The notes beneath the pieces were generated by a model. The model was not told where the DNA came from. It worked only from the letters and a program-made list of their open reading frames with translations, and made no database searches. Positions 57,941 through 64,000 of a stretch of DNA of 64,000 bases are shown here, one piece after another. This stretch comes from Candidatus Latescibacterota bacterium (GTDB lineage: Bacteria > Latescibacterota > UBA2968 > GCA-2709665): contig OZ242180.1 of NCBI GenBank assembly GCA_965205485.1, positions 4,800,001 to 4,864,000 of the forward strand, given 5' to 3'. The translations under genes and the position numbers were made by a program. Each line of letters starts with the position of its first letter. Position 1 is the stretch's first letter.

Positions 57941-57969
57941 AATATATCATATCTTTATATAACAATCAA
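57941..57969 (-). promoter_or_regulatory. Putative sigma70 promoter of murA
   Basis: Minus strand TTGATT-N17-TATATT in an AT-rich island. Confidence 0.55.
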
Positions 57970-58029
57970 GGGAATTTTCCGCCGCGTCGCCCCGGCCATG
58001 CGCAGCCGGAGATGCAGGTCGCCGGCCAT

Positions 58030-59112
58030 TCAGCCGCCGGAAGCGGTTTCGGCCGCATCGGGTCTGATATACAGCTGCCCGCATCCCGCCGCGATATCCA
58101 CGCCCCGGCTGTAACGCACCGTCGTTGTCAACCGCGCATTCCTGAGGATGCGCACAAACCGGTCTACGGCTTCCCGGGGCGGCCGTACAAATGCCGTGTC
58201 CTCGACCGGATTCCAGGGAATGACGTTGACCTTGCACGGTATGTCGCGCACCAGCGCGGCCAGACGCCCGGCGTCCTCCACCGAGTCGTTTACCCCGTGC
58301 AGCAGCACGTATTCGAACGTCACCCGCCTGTCGATGCGCTTCCGGTACGCCCTGACGGCCGCAAGAAGCTCGGCAATCGGCCACCGCCGGTTGATCGACA
58401 TGATTCGCGATCTCAGCGCATCGTCAGCCGCATTGAGCGAAACCGCCAGGCCGACTTTCAACCCCTCTCGCGCCAGCCTCAAGATACCGGGCACATAGCC
58501 GACCGTCGACAGGGTTATCCTGCGTATCCCTATTGCCAGCCCGTAATCCAGGTTCATCAGCCGGATTGCGCGAACGACGTTCGCGTAATTCAACAGCGGC
58601 TCTCCCATGCCCATCAGAACCACATTGGTCAGATCGTCTCCGCGTGCTCTCAGTTCGCGCCGGACATAGACCAGCTGGTCGAGGATTTCACCTGCGGACA
58701 GATTTCGGATCAGCCCCATCCGACCCGTGGCGCAGAACGTACAATCCAGCGGGCATCCCACCTGTGACGAAACGCACAGCGTCCGCCGCCTGCCGTCGCG
58801 CATCAGAACGCTTTCGACCCGCCTGCCGTCCGGCAGTTCGAACAGATACTTCACGGTTTCGCCGTCTTCCGCGCCAATTCGTGCCGCAACTTCAAGATTC
58901 AAAATCGACGCGCGCTGGGATAGCTTCTCGCGGACCCCCCTGGCGAGGTCGGTCATCCCGGCGAAGTCGGTTGAACCGCGATTGTAGATCCATGCGGCGA
59001 TCTGTCTGGCGCGATAGGGCTCCAACCCGAGGGAAGTTACGAACTCCTCGAGCTCACCGGGATAGAATCCCTTCAGCTCGACACGGTCGCCGGACTGCGA
59101 TACGTCAGCCAT
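58030..59112 (-). CDS. rlmN: 23S rRNA (adenine2503-C2)-methyltransferase
   Basis: CVSSQVGCPLDCTFCATG, MGMGEPL, ITLSTVG, EYVLL.GVND, DIAAGCGQL. Confidence 0.95.
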   Translation of the reverse strand: MADVSQSGDRVELKGFYPGELEEFVTSLGLEPYRARQIAAWIYNRGSTDFAGMTDLARGVREKLSQRASILNLEVAARIGAEDGETVKYLFELPDGRRVESVLMRDGRRRTLCVSSQVGCPLDCTFCATGRMGLIRNLSAGEILDQLVYVRRELRARGDDLTNVVLMGMGEPLLNYANVVRAIRLMNLDYGLAIGIRRITLSTVGYVPGILRLAREGLKVGLAVSLNAADDALRSRIMSINRRWPIAELLAAVRAYRKRIDRRVTFEYVLLHGVNDSVEDAGRLAALVRDIPCKVNVIPWNPVEDTAFVRPPREAVDRFVRILRNARLTTTVRYSRGVDIAAGCGQLYIRPDAAETASGG

Positions 59113-59186
59113 TTGCGCATCTCCACGTTTTGACTACAGGCATGAGTTTATGGGTGCGGCGTTCAGGACGCAAGAGAAAATACAGG

Positions 59187-59215
59187 TTGACAGAAATTAC
59201 GTTTTGACCTATTTT
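59187..59215 (+). promoter_or_regulatory. Putative sigma70 promoter of the M23 peptidase
   Basis: TTGACA-N17-TATTTT. Confidence 0.55.
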
Positions 59216-59317
59216 GAGAAGCCGTTCTTCACTAAGAACAGTAAGTTATCCCGCGTTGTTGTCGTGGGGTCATCTCAATTCCCCGTACCCCTGACGGCAT
59301 TCCAGGCAATAGACTGT

Positions 59318-60679
59318 ATGCGTAACTTGAAAAGCGATCGCACGGGCCGGCCTGCACGATCCGGTCGCCGGTTCAGGCTGCCGGAGTTTGCTTTCATTAT
59401 CCTGCCGGCAGCAGTATTGGCCTGGCTCCCGACCATCTGGCTGCCCGGGACTCAAACCGCGCAGAAATCCGAAGTCGCCCGGGAGGTTTCCCCGGTTCCG
59501 GATCCGCTTCCGGCCACACCCGAGCAGTGGTTCGCTGAAATCGACGGCCGCATCCGACACAGAGAGACGTTCTGGGACGCATTGAATCGGGAAGCGGTTG
59601 CGCGGTCTCAGATCCACGAATTACTGAATGCATTAAAGGAGGGGATCCCGCGGTCGGAATTCAATCCCCGCATCGTCCGAAGCGGTGACCATTACGCCTT
59701 GGGCATAGACAGCCTGGGAACCATTCAGTCCTTTGAATTTATCAGGAAAAATGCCCTCGAGACGCGGTTTGTGGTAACGCGGACGAACGGCGGACTGGTC
59801 GCGCGTAAAGAGCAGATACCCCTGAACCGCAGGATTGAGATTGTGACAGGTGAAATCCGCAGTTCTCTCTGGAACGCCCTTTCTGAAACCGGCGAGAATC
59901 AGCACGTACTGAACGTCAAAATGGCCCGCATTTTTGAATACGACATTGATTTTATGGTCGATTGCCGCGTCGGCGACCGGTTTGCACTGGCACTCGAAAA
60001 GTTCTACAAAGACGGCCGGTTCCTGCGATACGGAGAAATCCTTTCCGCCGAATACCAGTCTGCCCGGAAGAAACATCAGGCCTTTTTGTTCGAGTCCGCG
60101 GACGGCCATACGTCCCATTACGATTCGAACGGAAGGTCCCTGCGCGGCCTGTTTCTCAAATCTCCTCTCAATTACCGTCGAATCAGTTCCGGTTATTCCA
60201 ACCGACGTTTCCACCCCATCCTGAAGAAGTACCTCCCTCACCACGGCATCGACTATGCCGCGGCGTACGGCACGCGCGTCTGGGCGACCGCCCCGGGCGT
60301 CGTCGTCTTCAGGGGTTGGAGAGGCGCTCTCGGCAACTACGTCGAAATCCGGCATCGAAACGGCTACAAGACGGGTTATGGCCACCTGAGCAGGTTCCCG
60401 CGCGGGTTGAAGGTGGGCACAAACGTCAAACAGAAGCAAACCGTCGGTTTCGTCGGATCGACCGGCCGCTCCACAGGGCCGCACCTCCATTACAACTTCT
60501 TCGTCAGAAACGGCAAGCGCTATCGCCTCGTCAACCCGGCCGGATTCGCGAATCGCTCCAGGGCCAGACAGCTTACCCCGGATCAGCTGGCGGACTTCCG
60601 CCAGCAACGCGACCGGTTGCTGGCGCTGTTCGACGATCCGGCGACGTTGCTCGCGACCAACCTGCAGGCCCCGCCCTGA
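59318..60679 (+). CDS. M23 family peptidoglycan DD-endopeptidase (MepM-like)
   Basis: RISSGY..RFHPIL..HHGIDYAA, YGHLS, GSTGRSTGPHLHY; N-terminal TM. Confidence 0.92.
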   Translation: MRNLKSDRTGRPARSGRRFRLPEFAFIILPAAVLAWLPTIWLPGTQTAQKSEVAREVSPVPDPLPATPEQWFAEIDGRIRHRETFWDALNREAVARSQIHELLNALKEGIPRSEFNPRIVRSGDHYALGIDSLGTIQSFEFIRKNALETRFVVTRTNGGLVARKEQIPLNRRIEIVTGEIRSSLWNALSETGENQHVLNVKMARIFEYDIDFMVDCRVGDRFALALEKFYKDGRFLRYGEILSAEYQSARKKHQAFLFESADGHTSHYDSNGRSLRGLFLKSPLNYRRISSGYSNRRFHPILKKYLPHHGIDYAAAYGTRVWATAPGVVVFRGWRGALGNYVEIRHRNGYKTGYGHLSRFPRGLKVGTNVKQKQTVGFVGSTGRSTGPHLHYNFFVRNGKRYRLVNPAGFANRSRARQLTPDQLADFRQQRDRLLALFDDPATLLATNLQAPP

Positions 60680-60698
60680 GAAGCTGCCTTAAAACAGC
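60680..60698. repeat. Collapsed footprint of MITE family 1 ends
   Basis: GAAGCTGCCTTAAAACAGC equals the left TIR start fused to the right TIR end, immediately after a TGA stop. Confidence 0.55.
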
Positions 60699-60757
60699 CG
60701 TGACAACGACAAGACCCTGTTTCCTCATCGATTGCAGATGAGGATAGAGGTGAACCC

Positions 60758-61927
60758 TTGAGACTGGCGTACTTCGACTGCACTGCCGGAGTGAGCGGCG
60801 ACATGATCCTGGGCGCGCTGGTGGATGCCGGGCTGCGCATCGAGGTGTTGCAGAGAGAGCTCGACAAACTCCGCCTGGAGGGAATCCGCCTCAAGGCCGG
60901 GAAGGTTCAGCGCCACGGCATTGCTGCGACTAAAGTCGATGTCGTCGCTGCAGAAGGACAGCGCCACCGACGATTGAAGGACGTGCTGGGCATCATCGAC
61001 GCCGCAACCATCTCGGGCAGAGCCAAACGGCAGGCCGGCGCCATCTTCCGCCGCCTTGCCGAGGCGGAAGCTGAAGTACACGACATTTCAGTCGAACGCG
61101 TCCATTTTCACGAAGTCGGCGCGGCTGACGCCATCGCGGACATCGCCGGTGCCGTCATCGGACTGGAACAACTCGGCGTGGAACGGGTCTACGCCACGCC
61201 GCTTCGATTCGGCAGGGGAACGACGCGAAGCGCCCACGGCGTACTTCCCGTTCCGGTCCCCGCGGTTGTCGCGCTCTGCAGGGACGTTCCCGGCGAACGC
61301 ACCGACATACCGTTTGAACTGGTCACCCCGACCGGCGCCGCTGTCCTGACCACGCTGGCACAGCAGATCGGCGCAGGCACGCCGACGTTTCGCACGCGCC
61401 GGATCGGTTACGGAGCGGGCGCCCGGGATCTGGATCAGGTACCGAACATGCTCCGCCTGGAAATCGGTGACTCCGAGTCGGCCCCGCAGACGGACGCGCT
61501 CCAACTTATAGAAACCAATATCGACGACATGACGCCTGAAATCTACGGCTACCTGATCGACCGCCTGCTCGGAGAAGGCGCCAGAGACGTGTATCTCACG
61601 CCGGTCATCATGAAAAAGGGACGACCCGGGGTGGTCCTCAGCGTACTCGCCGATCCGGACCGTACGCAGTCCGCCACGGACCTGATTCTCCGTGAAACCA
61701 CGACGCTTGGCGTACGGATCCGCCGCGTTGAACGTCAGACCGTTTCCAGGCGAACGGAAGTCGTTGAAACCGCCTTCGGAGCCGTGACCGTAAAGGTTGC
61801 CAGCTACGGCGGAAGGACGCGTTCTGCGCCCGAATTCGAAGACTGCGCCAGAATTGCAAAGGAGCAGGGGGTCCCCATTCTCGACGTGTACCGCGCCGCG
61901 GCGAGCGCTGACGTTGACAGATCCTGA
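60758..61927 (+). CDS. larC: Nickel pincer cofactor biosynthesis protein LarC
   Basis: YFDC.AGVSGDM.LGAL, VHFHEVGA.DAI.D, HG.LPVP.PA, ELVTPTGAA, ETNIDD, MKKGRPG, PEFED. Confidence 0.93.
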   Translation: MRLAYFDCTAGVSGDMILGALVDAGLRIEVLQRELDKLRLEGIRLKAGKVQRHGIAATKVDVVAAEGQRHRRLKDVLGIIDAATISGRAKRQAGAIFRRLAEAEAEVHDISVERVHFHEVGAADAIADIAGAVIGLEQLGVERVYATPLRFGRGTTRSAHGVLPVPVPAVVALCRDVPGERTDIPFELVTPTGAAVLTTLAQQIGAGTPTFRTRRIGYGAGARDLDQVPNMLRLEIGDSESAPQTDALQLIETNIDDMTPEIYGYLIDRLLGEGARDVYLTPVIMKKGRPGVVLSVLADPDRTQSATDLILRETTTLGVRIRRVERQTVSRRTEVVETAFGAVTVKVASYGGRTRSAPEFEDCARIAKEQGVPILDVYRAAASADVDRS

Positions 61928-61937
61928 CGTGACTTAT

Positions 61938-64000
61938 CTATTGTGATACGAAGGCCGAGCCGCGGATGCGGCAGCTTACCGGCCCCGGAATCGAACGCAG
62001 TGGAAAGTAATGGTGGCGCATACCTCCGCTCTCAATTGAGAACCCCGGGTCCTGCGCTGTCGCCAGCGTGAGTCCGCGCGCATCGTGGATGACGCGTTCA
62101 ACCTCACATCCCATCGTCGAACCATCGCCGAATCTTACGATTGCCGTTGTTCCCTCAACGCCCGTGGTGTCGACGATGCCCCCAATCGCCACCAGGCCGT
62201 CAAGCGGGTCTCCGTCGGCCTTCCTGAGTACACCCGCCACCTCAAGATCATAGCTACAACCGCACGCAACCACCGTGTCTCCCCATCTCAACTCGTCCCC
62301 TCCCCAGAGGCCCGCGAAAAAGAGGGCGCCGTCCCGTTCCCGAACGAAACCGAACTCGCCCTTCATGCTGAGATTCCCCACCTCCAGCAGTTCATGATTC
62401 CATACCGTACGATGTACGATGTGGTCCGTGTAACCTCCATGTCTGACCTGGATTGCGATTGTCCGTTCGTCCGCGTACACCTGCCGGACCGACTCAATGA
62501 ACGGGTGCCCGTCGAAGGGCTCGTGAACCGCGGCGAACACGCTTGAATGAGGCGCCCGTCCCTGGCGCCGGGCCAGAAAAACGGGCATCCTGAACCGGTC
62601 CAGTTCGTCTTCGTTCTCGTCCGTTCGCCGAACCGACGGCGCGTCGCCCACGTACACGTCAGCTTTTGACAGCCCCGGGAGATGGCACCGCAATCCGATT
62701 TGCGAACCCGCCAGACCGAGTCCCAGCGTCAAACCGGCGTCAACCCGTCCGCGGAATACATTCTGCACGAATCCGTAGGCAATGTTGTGGCCTCCGGCGT
62801 CCCCCCGGTCCCCTTCGAATTCGGGCAGCCGTACGGCGACTCCTTCCAGCAGGTGTCGGCCGGCGGGTTCCAGCGGCACGTCATGGCGGATCCATCCGTC
62901 ACGGTCCGCGCTCCCGTGCAGCGTCCAGTCGTGCCGCGTCCCTCCCCGTACTCGAAATATATCCAGAGAATACGCATTCCCGTCGCCGGCATCGGCCAGC
63001 ATGACCATTCTCCGGTATTCCCGTGCCAGCCCCGGGTAAGCGCGCTCGCCGTTTGCTTCCATCCACTGAACCGTATCGTTCCTGGTCTCATGCGCCAGGA
63101 GTCCGCCTCGAGACGGCCCTCGGTTCCCTCTCGTGTATTGTTCCTGCCCGTCGACGACCACCGTATTGTGCGCCAGCGTGCTCACGGTCCACGGTCTGTA
63201 CCGGGTATGGGTATAACCCAGGTCGGACAGCAACTCCTCTCCAAACGCGTACAGCATCACGTTAAGCATGTCCGCGTGATCGTGCCCGTGGCCGCCTTCC
63301 GAGAAATGAAGGTGCACCTGCGTCTGACGCGTCTTCTCACCCAACCCGAGCCATGCATGCCCCATACCGGCGTACAGGGCCGGGCGCGAGTCGTCCGTGG
63401 GCTTCAGATCCTCAAACCTCGCCCAGGAATCGTGCACGGGTATCGTCCTCCCGTCGGGGTACCTGAAGCGGTCGAGAATCGCCATGCATCGTTCCGCATC
63501 GGGGAATTCGCGAACCGGATCCAAATCATCGAAGCGTCTGCCGTCGTCCGGATCCAGATAGCCCGGCGGATCGGAATATCCGGCAAGGGCTTCCATGACG
63601 CGCAGCAGGCCCGACAGTGTATACCGATGGTACGACGGGCTGCCCTGGCACCAGAATCCGTCCGCCGAGAATCGCCGGAAGAGGCCGTGTGCGCACCGAA
63701 CCGCGCGGTGAACCAGAGCGGGGTCTTCCATGACGCGGCCTGCAACCGCGTATCCTTCGTAGGTCTCCGGGCTGGCATTGGTGTACAGAATTCCATGGAC
63801 GGCGTCCTGCCGGATTCCTCCCCGGAAAAACCCGTTTTCGATGCGGCGGCGGACATCCTCGCCTCGTTCTTTCGAGAGCCGCCTCAGTTCGCCGCTTTCC
63901 CGAATTGAATCGTACGCGTAGATCATCTGCGTGGGAATCTCGGCGTAGCGCCACTCTCCCCACTTTCCTCCGCGTCGTGGAAAGGGCGGGACCATACACA
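61938..64000 (-). CDS. Heparinase II/III-like protein (partial, start beyond window)
   Basis: DGFWCQGSPSYH, GHDHADML, DLGY, T.AHNTVVVDG, DIFRVRGG..HDW..HG. Confidence 0.8.
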   Translation of the reverse strand, partial: CMVPPFPRRGGKWGEWRYAEIPTQMIYAYDSIRESGELRRLSKERGEDVRRRIENGFFRGGIRQDAVHGILYTNASPETYEGYAVAGRVMEDPALVHRAVRCAHGLFRRFSADGFWCQGSPSYHRYTLSGLLRVMEALAGYSDPPGYLDPDDGRRFDDLDPVREFPDAERCMAILDRFRYPDGRTIPVHDSWARFEDLKPTDDSRPALYAGMGHAWLGLGEKTRQTQVHLHFSEGGHGHDHADMLNVMLYAFGEELLSDLGYTHTRYRPWTVSTLAHNTVVVDGQEQYTRGNRGPSRGGLLAHETRNDTVQWMEANGERAYPGLAREYRRMVMLADAGDGNAYSLDIFRVRGGTRHDWTLHGSADRDGWIRHDVPLEPAGRHLLEGVAVRLPEFEGDRGDAGGHNIAYGFVQNVFRGRVDAGLTLGLGLAGSQIGLRCHLPGLSKADVYVGDAPSVRRTDENEDELDRFRMPVFLARRQGRAPHSSVFAAVHEPFDGHPFIESVRQVYADERTIAIQVRHGGYTDHIVHRTVWNHELLEVGNLSMKGEFGFVRERDGALFFAGLWGGDELRWGDTVVACGCSYDLEVAGVLRKADGDPLDGLVAIGGIVDTTGVEGTTAIVRFGDGSTMGCEVERVIHDARGLTLATAQDPGFSIESGGMRHHYFPLRSIPGPVSCRIRGSAFVSQ

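Overview
A gene-dense, GC-rich (by eye about 60-65%) bacterial chromosomal window with about 57 CDS, mostly on the minus strand. I see no rRNA, tRNA, CRISPR array, integrase or transposase. The left part (1-22 kb) is accessory catabolism: an NHL-repeat lipoprotein, two ankyrin lipoproteins, PhyH, D-aminoacylase, hydantoinase/oxoprolinase A+B, CocE, a DMFase-like protein, dusA and a strikingly plant-like hydroxypyruvate reductase. The middle (22-41 kb) holds a fused IOR, a GWxTD protein and a long Fe-S/oxidative-stress/folate run: Rieske, lipA, miaB, queG, a degenerate IscU, an orphan nuoI, rny, an A-type carrier, Prx, sodA, panCB, dNK, folKB and ygfZ. The right part holds a TonB receptor, qor, a short sigma70, cysC-murD, a BpsA-like aminopropyltransferase coupled to DUF2156, cca, an Asp-type murA, rlmN, an M23 peptidase, larC and a heparinase II/III-like protein. 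The gene content suggests an uncultured FCB-group lineage (Latescibacterota/Gemmatimonadota-like), possibly host-associated; this is inference. The most unusual non-coding signal is six 160-190 bp palindromic MITE-like elements, plus one collapsed footprint, belonging to three families with different terminal repeats. All six share the same internal-loop motif (CAAGGCG ... AACGCNG) and fold preferentially on that one strand. All protein calls come from motif recognition by eye, not database searches.
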